From Macrostomum hystrix (Eukaryota; Animalia; Platyhelminthes), in contig CATNEN010000001.1 in assembly GCA_950097015.1 (NCBI GenBank), positions 27,404,001 to 27,468,000 on the forward strand: a DNA stretch of 64,000 bases, given 5' to 3'. The notes beneath the pieces were generated by a model. The model did no database searches. It was given only the letters and a program-made list of their open reading frames with translations, and was not told the origin of the DNA. Both the position numbers and the translations under genes were made by a program. Shown here piece after piece: positions 1 through 11,723 of the stretch (positions are counted from its first letter, which is position 1; each line of letters starts with the position of its first letter).

Positions 1-4
1 TACC

Positions 5-112
5 TTGAAGACTCTGACTTGAAGAAGCTAAGGATCTGAGAGCGCAATGACATAAAAAATAGAACTAAATACATTGAAGACTCTGACCTGAAGAAGCTAA
101 GGATCTGAGAGA
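5..112. repeat. Short direct repeat (~38 bp x2)
   Basis: TTGAAGACTCTGAC(T/C)TGAAGAAGCTAAGGATCTGAGAG starts at ~5 and again at ~74. Confidence 0.8.
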
Positions 113-182
113 TTTGCATATGGAGGTTTTTCCGATAGGTTTTAAACCGTTGAGGAGTCGTTCCATTTTGGTACGTGAGTGA

Positions 183-530
183 AAGCCGTTAACGCGCTTC
201 TTTCTCGCGCTCTGAGCTCGATTCCGCAGCGAGGCCACAATCATTTGGGCCGCAGCCGCGGAGAGAAGGCTTGAGGACTTGTCGTGCAATTTACGTCCTT
301 GAAGGCCAACCTCCTAGGCATAGGGAAAATGTACACTACCTGACGATGAGAAAGTCAGGGAAGATGTACACACTCGTGTGAGTGCCTGTACACGGTATCT
401 GTGTGCTTGTGTGCTCAGAAGTCAGTGAGTTGAACGGGCAGAATTGCTTCCTCGCTGGTTGCGCATCCAGTGTCACCAAGTGATGTACCATTGCCCTCAG
501 TCCTCTTATCACTATTATAATATTATTAAT
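183..530 (+). mobile_element. tRNA-derived SINE, family A, copy 1
   Basis: Degenerate B-box GCTCGATTCC, family core CCTGACGATGAGAAAGTCAGGG and an (ATT)n-like tail. Homologous to seven other copies in this window. Confidence 0.8.
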
Positions 531-547
531 TGCTCAATGTCCCTCAG

Positions 548-902
548 CGGCCTGCGCCTTTGCTGCCTGCTGAAACCATCTGGTTTAGTGGTGCGCGCCA
601 ACTGTTCGGAGCTGCACCCGCCGCTGTGCACAAGCCAGCTGGTGCTGAACCGGCGGAGGCGCGCGTTGACTGCCGACTTCAGGTACAACAACTACAGCTA
701 CACAACCAAGACACCGGCTACGAGCAGCTACTTGGAGGCAATCATCAGTGGCGTTTTAAGTATTCTAGTTGTGACTGGTATAATCATCGCAATGATATCA
801 TGCTGCTGCTGTTGCCGGCCAAAGTTTTGCAATTCAAAGGTCGGCGGCGACCAGACGATAAACGTGAACTGCGGCGGGAAAAACTTTTGCAATAGAGGTT
901 AA
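548..902 (+). CDS. Last exon of a C-type-lectin-like single-pass membrane protein (paralog of 3290-4525; upstream exon lies outside the window)
   Basis: Acceptor TCCCTCAG ends at 547. Encodes CCLLKPS..NCSELHPPLCTSQ, RRRR, a TM helix (IISGVLSILVVTGIIIAMI) and CCCCC. Aligns with exon 4156-4525 in the same phase. Confidence 0.7.
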
Positions 903-1867
903 ACTTGCCGACTTTGATCTGCTTGGACCAGATTTTTATGGATTAAACACATTCAAACTCGGTTCTGTAACGCTTGTCGTCGATTGATAGAAGCGACATT
1001 GGCGTTATTCATGTGTTCTTCGCTACGTAAAATGTATTCATTAGTTTTTTATTTTTTGTTATTTAATTTTCGTCTCGGAAAGTATTGTCGTACTGCAAAT
1101 ACTTAAAAAAATACCACGTTTAATATACGGTAGGCCCTCTTTTCCTATTGTCCATATGAAAGTTGTGTGCGCGAGTACCTTATCATCAGTTTATGAATTT
1201 ACGCCCTGCTTTACTGTGTCATGGAAGAAATGTATCACTAAATCGATTTAACACTTTTGTTGAGAAGCGGCTGCAGCATCATATAGCTCGTACAACTTAA
1301 AACGCTTATGCCCTTCACGCCCACATGGCAATTACCGATGTCTACAACGAATTCGAACTTTCAATTTATTTACCGACTTTGACAGACGCTTTGACGTCTT
1401 TGAAAGCTAATTGTTTTGAAACAATAGCTCTTTACAATAAGGTGCTCTTGCCTGAGTTCTCATCGTTTACTAAAATTCCAAATACCAAAGGGAAATCGTG
1501 TCTGTTTCTCCTTCACAAAGTTTCAGCGAACAGAAGCATGTGCGTAAATACCAACGACCATATGATTCCCTGTAGTTATTGCACATGGTCATGTCAACTA
1601 CTTACATGTAACCATGGACCTAAAATGCATCCTTAGCTTTTCGTCCCCTCCTTTCTCCATGGTGGTCTACATGCCAGGCGACCTCGGGGCGTCCATCTTT
1701 ACAACGCTGGAACGTCCAGTCAAAGCGGTGCTCGCTGGCTTGCTGAGCGCCGTCCTTTAAAGTCGGCTACAACCACCCTGTTACAATTGATTGACTCTGC
1801 TGTTGCCCAAGCGGCGACACGCTGCAACATGACCTCCGGGACAGAATTGTAGTTCTCATATGGAATA

Positions 1868-2488
1868 TGTCAGTAGAGCCGCCAAACGCGTTTGCCTCCC
1901 GCACCGGAGCTCGATTCGAAGGTGCCGGAGCTCGATTCGAAGGTGCCGGAGCTCGATTCGAAGGTGCCGGAGCTCGATTCAAAGGTGCCGGAGCTCGATT
2001 CGAAGGTGCCGGAGCTCGATTCGAAGGTGCCGGAGCTCGATTCGAAGGTGCCGGAGCTCGATTCGAAGGTGCCGGAGCTCGATTCGAAGGTGCCGGAGCT
2101 CGATTCGAAGGTGCCGGAGCTCGATTCGAAGGTGCCGGAGCTCGATTCGAAGGTGCCGGAGCTCGATTCGAAGGTGCCGGAGCTCGATTCGAAGGTGCCG
2201 GAGCTCGATTCCGCGGCGAGGCCGCGGAGAGAAAGAAGGCTTTGGGGGGGCTTGTCGTGCAATTTAGGCGCAGTGTACGCTGCCTGACGAGGAGAATGGC
2301 AGGGCGGATGAAAACCCCGCGTGAGTGCGTACTTGTGTACAGTGTCGGTGTGCGTGTGCGCTCAGGAGACAGAGGAATGGGCGGAATGGCCTCCCCTCTC
2401 TTGCTGCGGGTCGACTGTCACCAAAATTTTATGCTAGTGCTCACAGCCCTCCTGCAATTCTAAAATTATTAACAATTATATTACTATT
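1868..2488 (+). mobile_element. SINE family A, copy 2, with internal minisatellite expansion
   Basis: Head GTAGAGCCGCCAAACGCGTTTGCCTC, body matching family A after 2210, ATT tail near 2465-2488. Confidence 0.75.
1904..2210. repeat. 21-bp minisatellite (CCGGAGCTCGATTCGAAGGTG) x~14.6
   Basis: Near-perfect tandem array. Confidence 0.95.
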
Positions 2489-3289
2489 GCGTATTTTTGT
2501 AGTACGCGATAACTTCGACTGTGAAACTTTTCTGAAGCAAGTTTTGGTCTAAAAAAATTGACTGCTTGATACAAAACAGTAGGCCAATATTCATCTTACT
2601 TTACGTAGACTCAGCAGTAAGGATTTGAGTTTTAAGCGGTTTGTTGTTAGTGCAGTAGAAAATACCCGTACATGTCTCTATAATCTTTAGCTTCTACTGT
2701 CATTTTTGATTACTTTTAGCTCTGTGCACACTTTGACAGTCTACAGCACAGAACCACAGAAACTTGGAAGACGCGAAAAGAGTAACTTACCTGATTTCGG
2801 TATGTAAAATATCAAAAGAATGGAATTCGACGCGGCACTATTATTTTCAGTTGTAATGATTGCGCGTACACGTAACGAGCAAAATTAGATGGGCATGGCC
2901 GCCAATAAGAGAACAGGCCCAAAATGCTTGTATATTTGCATTACATCCCTACACACATTCAGTTTCAGTCAAGACTTTCAAACCGGATGCAAGGTGGAAT
3001 AAAATCGTCACGATCCTTTAACACACCCTTTGGACGGCTTAGTATAATTAGGCAACGCTGTGCATATTGCTGCCATATACAAGCTAAAAACATTGCAACA
3101 TTTAGGGCATTGTGAGAATGACCTAAGCAACTGACAACCGATCCTTGCAATCTCATAGGACTGGTTGCAGTCCTAACACACTTATACAAAAGCAACAATT
3201 CATTTGGGTGTGATATAAAGGCTATAGTTCTAAGGCTACCCAAGCTGCAAATCTTTGAGAGATACAAACGTCAAGAAAGTCTATCAAAG

Positions 3290-4525
3290 ATGCGACTGGA
3301 AGGCCTTGTTGCACTTCTGCATGCATCCGCCCAGCTGCTTGCAACCCACCTGGCTTGCGTGAGCAGCGCCGCAGTTACCTGCCCACCTGGATGGCTGATC
3401 ACAGGTGACCAGCTGTGCTTGGGAGTTCCCGAGACTTCCAGTCGAGGTGTCAGCGCTGCATCGGCTTCGGGAGCGTGCAGCAACGCCGCTCTGCGCCATT
3501 CAGATTTGGCCGACCCGGCCGACCCGAGCATTGCGAGTCTGCTCGCACGGCTCACGAGAGGCCGCTCTCTCTGGGTCAATGGCTGCCGACAGGTCGCTGG
3601 GGCAAAGACTAAGTAGGTCTGATTTCTTGCCGCGTTCATTTGAGTCATCTGAAATTAAGAAACAATGAGAATCGAATGAATACTCTAGACATTTTCTGTC
3701 CGAATTTAATAGTTTTGTTGCCAAAATTGTTCGTTTCAGCCGTTAAAGAAACGCTTTTTGGACTGCGTCAAAATGTACAGGGTCTTTAACAGTAGTACTA
3801 CCAAACCATTTTGCCGCCCGTTTTTTATACCAAGGAATGATTTCTCCCCCCTGAATTTTTTTAGCAGCGCCCGAATGCTAATGCTAAAGTGCTCAGAGCT
3901 GGTTACTTGATTCTTGTTTCAGCATTTGTGCAACAAAAAGTTGGCCAGTGTTCGTGAGTTTCGTGCGCTTGAGTTGTTCCATTGGGGTGCAGCAAATAAT
4001 TTGTCTTAGGAGGAAATCCCCCTTGGTAGTTCTACTGATAAGCAGATAAAAATAAATTTTAAGCACTGATTAATTTAGCTTTCTTCAACATTTCCGACAT
4101 ATGGTGTAATAAAATGCGTATTTTACCGGCGTGGAGTCACTTCAAACCCTTGCAGTCAGCTGCGGACCTGCTGCCTGCTAACACCATCTCAAGGTATATC
4201 GGCGATCACCAACTGCTCAGAGCTGCACCCGCCCCTGTGTACAAGCCAGCCATTGCTGAGACGGCAGAGGCGTGCACTATCCTTATTCTCCTACACACCT
4301 GTGCCCTCCACCACAATGGATCATGCGGGCGCTATCGCCGGCGGTGCAACAGGCGCTCTGGCGCTCTGCGTTTCACTAGGCGTCATACTATATTGCTTGT
4401 GCCCGTGCAAATCCGATCAAGATGCAAAGGACTCGATAAGAATCAAGTGCGCTGCCAAAAACGTGTGCAACGGTTCCTACGTAGCGCATTGTTGTAAAAT
4501 CTCTCCTGTTGTTGTTAGAAATTAA
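3290..4525 (+). CDS. Divergent C-type-lectin-like type I membrane protein, 230 aa, 2 exons
   Basis: Exons 3290-3612 and 4156-4525 (AA|gtaggt...ttgcag|T) join in frame. Signal-like N-terminus, CPPGW..C..C..SLWVNG..CC..NCSELHPPLC cysteine pattern, RQRR, TM helix, Cys-rich tail. Confidence 0.7.
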
Positions 4526-4696
4526 TTCTGTAATAGCATCATTTTTTCTGCATCATTTTTGAATCGTTATTCCATTAAATCGAACCAATTGATTCTAGAA
4601 ATTAAATCAAATTTTATCATTCAAATTGTTTTCACATGGTCTGTGAACTTGACACAGTCTAACAAGCGTTGAGTACGTAATTTTACGATATATTAA

Positions 4697-4931
4697 TCCC
4701 TTGAGGACCAGCTGTACCCACAAAATAGTACCATACTCATAAAATGGTCACAGTAAGAAGCTCGCTAAGTTTTACCGTCGATGCTTAACATTCATCGATC
4801 TAAGACTGAGATTTCTGTTAAAAAGTTTACCTTAAAAAATTCTTATAATTAGCTCGGTCGGACAATTAAACTTCAGACCATTATATATATTGTGTTTTAC
4901 AGATTTAATCGCGTGCAGATCCCGAGAGGGG
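4697..4931. mobile_element. Possible piggyBac-like non-autonomous element
   Basis: TTAA on both flanks; ends TCCCTTGAGG / GAGAGGGG give only a weak TIR match. Confidence 0.3.
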
Positions 4932-6319
4932 TTAAGAATGAACAAAGCTCAAATATATATCTAAGCACAAGCCCCAAAGAATCGCCTAAATCAAATGATC
5001 AAAAGTTTGTTACTGCTTTAGCCGTGGAATACAGTCGTAGAACTTACGGCTTAATATCATCGCTATTGTCAATCTAAATGATAATTAGGACATTCACTTT
5101 TTGGACTTTCTCGTTTTGGTTGTCCAAAAGTCTATGTTCTCTAGCGGCGAGGTTTGCTTAGATAATAGTAAAATCCATAGCCATTATATAGTTTTGAATG
5201 TATAAATTATCATTTAGATTGACAAAAGCTTTACTGTACGGACATAAAATCGTGTCGTTAGTTTCTGGCACACAGTATGCTTTCAACGGAATAAAAATTA
5301 ACATAGTAAAACAATTTCTTAAAGGCAAGATTTTATACGCCAGTTAGTGAACGGCAAAATACTTTTTCGACGTAATATATTGTGTATCCTGTAAATAATT
5401 TTTTTACTTTGAGAAAACAAAAGCAGACGAAATTACAATTGAAATTGAAATATCAATTGTCAGGCTGGCAGCAGCAGAGAACGCCAAAGATCAACACTTC
5501 TAGAGATGTAGTCATTTATAAGCTAATAATGACTGCTAACTTAAAGAACGTTCATTGAAATTTATTTGGCAAATTTAGTTTTACTGATATTTTTTTGTCA
5601 GTATTGCTGTTTCGCAACTTTATTCCTTAATTAGTGCTTTAACTTGTCTTAAGATTTGACTTTTTGTGGCTTTTTTATATTCAGGGCACAACGCTGTGCT
5701 TTTTTGCAAATTTATCACTTTTTATATTTTAAACCCAGGCAGGATAGCTTTCAACTTCATGGCTAGAGTTTTTAATGAGTTAAAAACCTTTTTCGTCTTC
5801 TTGAACGTTATTCCAATAAAATAGTTTCTGTTTTAGTAGGCTCATGAATCTGTGACTATTGTTGATCGGTGTTTTTTAGGGGTAGGCCTGCTGAGTTTAG
5901 AAAAATATTTTGTTTTAACTAGAAACACTTTCTATTTAATGGCTACCCAATCACAAGATGGCGACATTAAATCTGACACAGGCAATCAAGGGTTTTTTGG
6001 TTGGTCAGTGAGCCTATTAAATTTGGAACAGAATTGGTTAAACACAAAGTCAGGGAACTTCAAATTTAGACAGTTAAAAATCATTATTAATTTAAAGTTA
6101 AAAGTCTTTAAATCGAGAAAGAAATACTTTTAAAGCAGGAAGTGCATTTTCCCACAGTTCCGTGCCGATAATTTCAATTTTATCCACATGGATCCGTGCC
6201 GATAATTTTCTGCTTATCCACATGGCAGCTTGTATGAATAGGTCTACTTTTAAGTCCCTACCTATTCTTCTCTGAGCATAAGGCTAATTCAATACAATTC
6301 AAATCAAAACACGTAACAA

Positions 6320-7715
6320 TGATTATTCCACTTTTTCACTTTCAATTGCTCACTTTTACTGCATCACTGCATATGTGTATGTGTGTGTGTGTTTGTGTTT
6401 CTGTGATGTATTTGTTCTCCCAATCAGGCACCTTATTATTTTTTTTTTCTTTTTATTCTTTTTATTGTCTTTTTACGCAATTTATATACAAAGCATTTTT
6501 ATACACTATTTACAGATTCAGTTTCATCCTTCAGAGTTCTTATCGGGAACCTTCATTTATTCTCGGAGTGTCTCAGGACGACTCTGCACACATGATAACC
6601 TGGTCTTTTGTCCTTCTGTTCTTCGCTAGTTCTGCTTCTTAATTCTGTTGATATTCCGGGTGTGCCACACAGGTAGCACCTGTTAAACATGTGGAAGTTG
6701 TCCTTCGTTATGGTCTCGTGATTCCTTCTTCCTCTTCCAGCTGATCTCTTCTCATTTGCCTGCTGTCCTTCAAACAATGAGGGATGAGCTGGCTGCTGGT
6801 TCACCATGACCATCATAATCACGACTAGGAGTAACATGCTTGCGAAGTCTGATAATTTGCGCTGTTTCTAGATCCTTTACCGCTGCCACCAAAGTTGTCC
6901 TAGGCCTCTGTCTATATTCTTACTAAACCTTATTTCCAATAATGCAAATCCCACCGCTGTTACTAAAGTTGTCCTAGGGCTTCCCTCTTATTCAATATTA
7001 GGCCTAATCCTAACAATGCCACCAAAGTTGTTACCGGGCTAATTTTAATTCTATTGCTGTTACTAAAGTTGTTGTAGGCCTTTTATACTTTTGTCAATCT
7101 TATGAATGTCTTTAATTATTCGCTTTATCTCAATTCAAATTGGTAGCGTTTATGTATTCAAGTATGGTAGCGTTATGTATTCAATCTGGTAGCGTTTACA
7201 ATATGGCCGGTATTTATCTCCTCTATTCATTTACTTATAACTTTTTCTATATCAGTCTTTATTTGTCTTTATCCGTTTTATCACTCTTCAATTACTCTTC
7301 AATTTCAGTCTTAAATTCAATCTTTAATTCAGTCTTTAATTCAGTCTTTCATTCAGTCTTCAATTCAGTCTTCAGTTCAGTCTTTTCAATTTGTCTTGGG
7401 CTTTCCAGTGGATCTAGAGTTACAGCTTTTTCTTCACTCTATTTACTTCTCTTTCGCAATGTCTCTTTTTCTCAAATAACTTTAACACAAACTCTTCAAA
7501 TTCAAGCTTTCTTTATTCTGAACGCACAAACGAACGTTGTTTTTCTCCCTTCTTTCTCTCGTGTATTTATAGTAAAAATTTCCTCGTCACTTCATTATAA
7601 CCTTTTATTTTTCGGTGCAGTTAAACAATCGGTGCATTAAAACAATTTTAGGCAAAGTATTAAGTTTTCGCGGGAATTTGACTTCTAAGAAATATACAAT
7701 CGGTGCCCTATCTCA
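6320..7715. repeat. 1.4-kb direct repeat, copy 1 (LTR or partial tandem copy)
   Basis: Matches 10318-11723 except for an ~11-bp indel and a few substitutions. Confidence 0.9.
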
Positions 7716-7974
7716 ACTTGACCTCCCTAATTGCATATATTCGAATAAAACGTAGTAAGTGAGAATATAGCACATAAAAGCATCACACATAAAAGAAAGT
7801 GGCATATAACAAGAGTACTGTATACACTTTAAGCAATAAAATGAGCAGCAAAAGAAAACTATGCATAAGATTCCTAAAATAACAAAACATACTATTCTAT
7901 GTAAGCTAGGAAAAATAGACAACAAATATACCCTTCACCAAAATTAAGAAAGTAAATGAATGTCCTTAACTCCA

Positions 7975-8826
7975 CTAGAAGTCACAGGGGGCCGGCAGCG
8001 CTTTGTAATAGTGCCAGCGGATCTGGCGGAATGCCCAACGGAACTCCATGGTCAGCACCTTGCGGTGCATGGTTACCTCGCTGGTTGCTGCGCCGTTGTG
8101 CATGCATTGCGCTACCTCCTTCAGGATGGTGATTGCCTGCTCTTGTGACATATTCTTCAGCGATGTCATGGACTTCCAAATATGGGTCCTTTGTGGGTAT
8201 GACAATTCATACGTGTGATATGCAACACGCTCCATGTACTGGCGCAGATCATGCACTAGCATTTCGCGCTGCTCCTCCTCTCTCTCTCTGGTCGTCTGCC
8301 GGGTTGGTACATGCTGTTGCTGTAGCGGCGTCAGCTTTGGCGGTGATATCGGCTGCGGCGGCACTATTGGCTGCGGCGGCGGTATTGGCTGTGGCGGTGG
8401 TGTCGGCTTCGGCGGCAGTATCGGCTGCGGCGGCACTATTGTCTGTGGCGGTGTTGTCGGCTTCGGCGGCGGTGTCGGCTGCGGCTCTCTCCGAGCCCGG
8501 GATTCTTGTGGTGCTGGCCTTAGTTGCTTTGCTGGCCCAGCCGAGTGCCGATGATGAACAGCTTCAGCCGAACGCGCCGGGCCGCCAGTCGTACTAACGT
8601 GAACCACTGATTTTAGCTGTCAACCAGCACTTGACGCCGGGGTCAATCTCGCCTGCTTTACAGCTACGGGAGATGGCGTGTGTGCCCTTTTCGCTGACAT
8701 GGCAGTCGCTGTTGGCAGCTTGGGTCGAGTGCTGACTCGTTCAGGTGCAGCTAACTCCATGTTCTCTTGGGCTGGATTGCCCTCACTCAACAACTCTTCT
8801 AGAAACGTGTCTAGATCACAATCCAT
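7975..8826 (-). CDS. Accessory ORF of the retro-like element; Pro-rich protein of unknown function (283 aa if the internal UGA is read through)
   Basis: ORFs 8620-8826 and 7975-8607 are in the same frame, separated by one TGA. Start context CAAAATGG. PPQPI-type hexapeptide repeats. GC-rich against AT-rich flanks. Confidence 0.5.
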
Positions 8827-10317
8827 TTTGCTTGTCTTATCAATTTACGTGCGCAAGTTTTGCTCTTTTAGCTCGCCTTCAAGAAATTTCTCTAGCGGGT
8901 TTAGGGGGTCTGAGGATATAGAATGAAAACTGGACCGCATCAATGAGTCCGGGCTCCCCAGGGATCTACGGGGCCAATTTTGACAGTCTTACTCTGCCAT
9001 GTCATATATCACACTCTTTTCAATTCAATTTCCGACTTTATCATTTACAGTTATACTTTCATGTTTAGACTCTTTTTACAGATCTCAATTTCTTGAATAC
9101 ATTGGTTGTTTAACTTTTTCAATATCTTTTTCAGATCATGTTTTATTTGCTTTTCAAATTTTTCTTATTTTAAATCCTAATCAATTAACATTGACTTTAA
9201 CGCAAATCTGTGTCAACTTGGCTCCCATTGTTCTCTATTGTTCTCGAAATCACTGGGGTAGATATCTTCTGTATTGCTTCCGAGGCACGAAGCCATGAGT
9301 GACTGGCTAGGTGTTATGTAACACTCCTCTTCCTGGGGTAGGCTCTCCCCTGTTCAATTGTTCAGTTCTGTCACTTCGTGGTCTCAAATTATAGCCATGG
9401 GCTCCTTCTGTATGTACATTTCTTTCTTCTTCATGTTCAATCTCTGAGTCACTCATGTTCATTTCTTCAGTCTTGTCCATTTCGCTGTCTGTTTCTTCTT
9501 GTTCTGACTCATTCGCTTCTTCTTGCCTTTTGCTTTCATTGTCATGGAATGCTTCCTGTTCTGCATACATTTCATCTTCAGATTTGGCATATTAGCTCCT
9601 TATCTAATTCTGTCTTCTTCTTCGGATTCGTCTTCTTCTTCATTAATGACAATTACATTTTGTTTATTTTTATTTGAGGTGGCCTGACCTCCCTTAACTT
9701 TTGACCGTGTGGTGTGACTAATTTTGTAATCTCCCTTTGTTTGTTCTGCGGATTGTAATGTGATCTGTGTGTTTGGAACTGGTGTGATGTTATTTCTATG
9801 CACAATTAATTTCTCTCCTACTCTTTCTCCTTCAATTTCTCTCTTTTAAATTCCAGCATATCCATCACCCTTGGGAATCTGACATGCTTAATAGCTTGAT
9901 TCTTAAACAAGTGAATTTGGATAGCTATCACATAACAGTGATTATTCTCGAAATTTCTTCTTCTCTCATTTTCTCAACTTTTGGGGAATCTCTAGATCTC
10001 AGGAGCAGACTAGATTAAGTGTCTCCACTTTTGATCTTTCTCTCTCCCCTTTCTCAAATTTGAGGCATCTCTAGATCTCAGGAGCAGACTAAATTAACTG
10101 TCTCCACTGTTGATCTCTTTTCTCCACTTCCTTCTTGGAAATGTTCTCTTTTTGCTTGAGCCTTCAATGAGGCTAGACAGCACAATTGACATTCCAATTT
10201 TTTACTTCTTTGCATTCATTAGCTGGGTCAGACCGTCTGGCTGGCCAATTAAGTGTACCTCCTGCACAACTTCTCGCAACTCTTCTCATCAATTCTCAAT
10301 TCTTTCTCAAAGTCAAG

Positions 10318-11723
10318 TGATTATTCCACTTTTTCACTTTCAATTGCTCACTTTTACTGCATCACTGCATATGTGTATGTGTGTGTGTGTTTGTGTTTCT
10401 GTGATGTATTTGTTCTCCCAATCAGGCACCTTATTTTTTTTTTTTTTTTTTTATTCTTTTTATTGTCTTTTTACGCAATTTATATACAAAGCATTTTTAT
10501 ACACTATTTACAGATTCAGTTTCATCCTTCAGAGTTCTTATCGGGAACCTTCATTTATTCTCGGAGTGTCTCAGGACGACTCTGCACACATGATAACCTG
10601 GTCTTTTGTCCTTCTGTTCTTCGCTAGTTCTGCTTCTTAATTCTGTTGATATTCCGGGTGTGCCACACAGGTAGCACCTGTTAAACATGTGGAAGTTGTC
10701 CTTCGTTATGGTCTCGTGATTCCTTCTTCCTCTTCCAGCTGATCTCTTCTCATTTGCCTGCTGTCCTTCAAACAATGAGGGATGAGCTGGCTGCTGGTTC
10801 ACCATGACCATCATAATCACGACTAGGAGTAACATGCTTGCGAAGTCTGATAATTTGCGCTGTTTCTAGATCCTTTACCGCTGCCACCAAAGTTGTCCTA
10901 GGCCTCTGTCTATATTCTTACTAAACCTTATTTCCAATAATGCAAATCCCACCGCTGTTACTAAAGTTGTCCTAGGGCTTCCCTCTTATTCAATATTAGG
11001 CCTAATCCTAACAATGCCACCAAAGTTGTTACCGGGCTAATTTTAATTCTATTGCTGTTACTAAAGTTGTTGTAGGCCTTTTATACTTTTGTCAATCTTA
11101 TGAATGTCTTTAATTATTCGCTTTATCTCAATTCAAATTGGTAGCGTTTATGTATTCAAGTATGGTAGCGTTATGTATTCAATCTGGTAGCGTTTACAAT
11201 ATGGCCGGTATTTATCTCCTCTATTCATTTACTTATAACTTTTTCTATATCAGTCTTTATTTGTCTTTATCCGTTTTATCACTCTTCAATTACTCTTCAA
11301 TTTCAGTCTTAAATTCAATCTTTAATTCAGTCTTTAATTCAGTCTTTCATTCAGTCTTCAATTCAGTCTTCAGTTCAGTCTTTTCAATTTGTCTTGGGCT
11401 TTCCAGTGGATCTAGAGTTACAGCTTTTTCTTCACTCTATTTACTTCTCTTTCGCAATGTCTCTTTTTCTCAAATAACTTTAACACAAACTCTTCAAATT
11501 CAAGCTTTCTTTATTCTGAACGCACAAACGAACGTTGTTTTTCTCCCTTCTTTCTCTCGTGTATTTATAGTAAAAATTTCCTCGTCACTTCATTATAACC
11601 TTTTATTTTTCGGTGCAGTTAAACAATCGGTGCATTAAAACAATTTTAGGCAAAGTTAAACAAAATATTAAGTTTTCGCGGGAATTTGACTTCTAAGAAA
11701 TATACAATCAGTGCCCTATCTCA
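10318..11723. repeat. 1.4-kb direct repeat, copy 2
   Basis: Matches 6320-7715. Confidence 0.9.

Larger units (their letters stand above)
6320..11723 (-). mobile_element. Degenerate Gypsy-like retroelement derivative with 1.4-kb direct repeats
   Basis: Near-identical repeats 6320-7715 and 10318-11723 with TG...CA ends. Each contains a TATAAATA and a decayed gag-like zinc knuckle (RCYLCGTPG). Integrase C-terminal-like motifs (IVHRNNI, GYNLRPR) at 9307-9810. PPT-like GGAAGAGGAG followed by TGTTACA near 9320. Confidence 0.6.

Noticed and set aside
339-362. CTGACGA-TGA-GAAA in the SINE core resembling a hammerhead ribozyme core
   Set aside because: Only 3 nt separate CUGANGA and GAAA, so stem II cannot form, and CTGAC pairs with the downstream GTCAG.
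1860-2463. Repetitive ORFs here and over the other arrays (24348, 25635, 28000, 29000, 33700, 36560, 38870, 45470, 51850, 53190, 55000-57146)
   Set aside because: All follow minisatellite periodicity in several frames, and many lie inside introns of well-supported genes.
6319-7640. Hydrophobic plus-strand ORFs (6319, 7140, 10110, 11138)
   Set aside because: They are antisense readings of A-rich decayed retroelement sequence, duplicated with the repeat.
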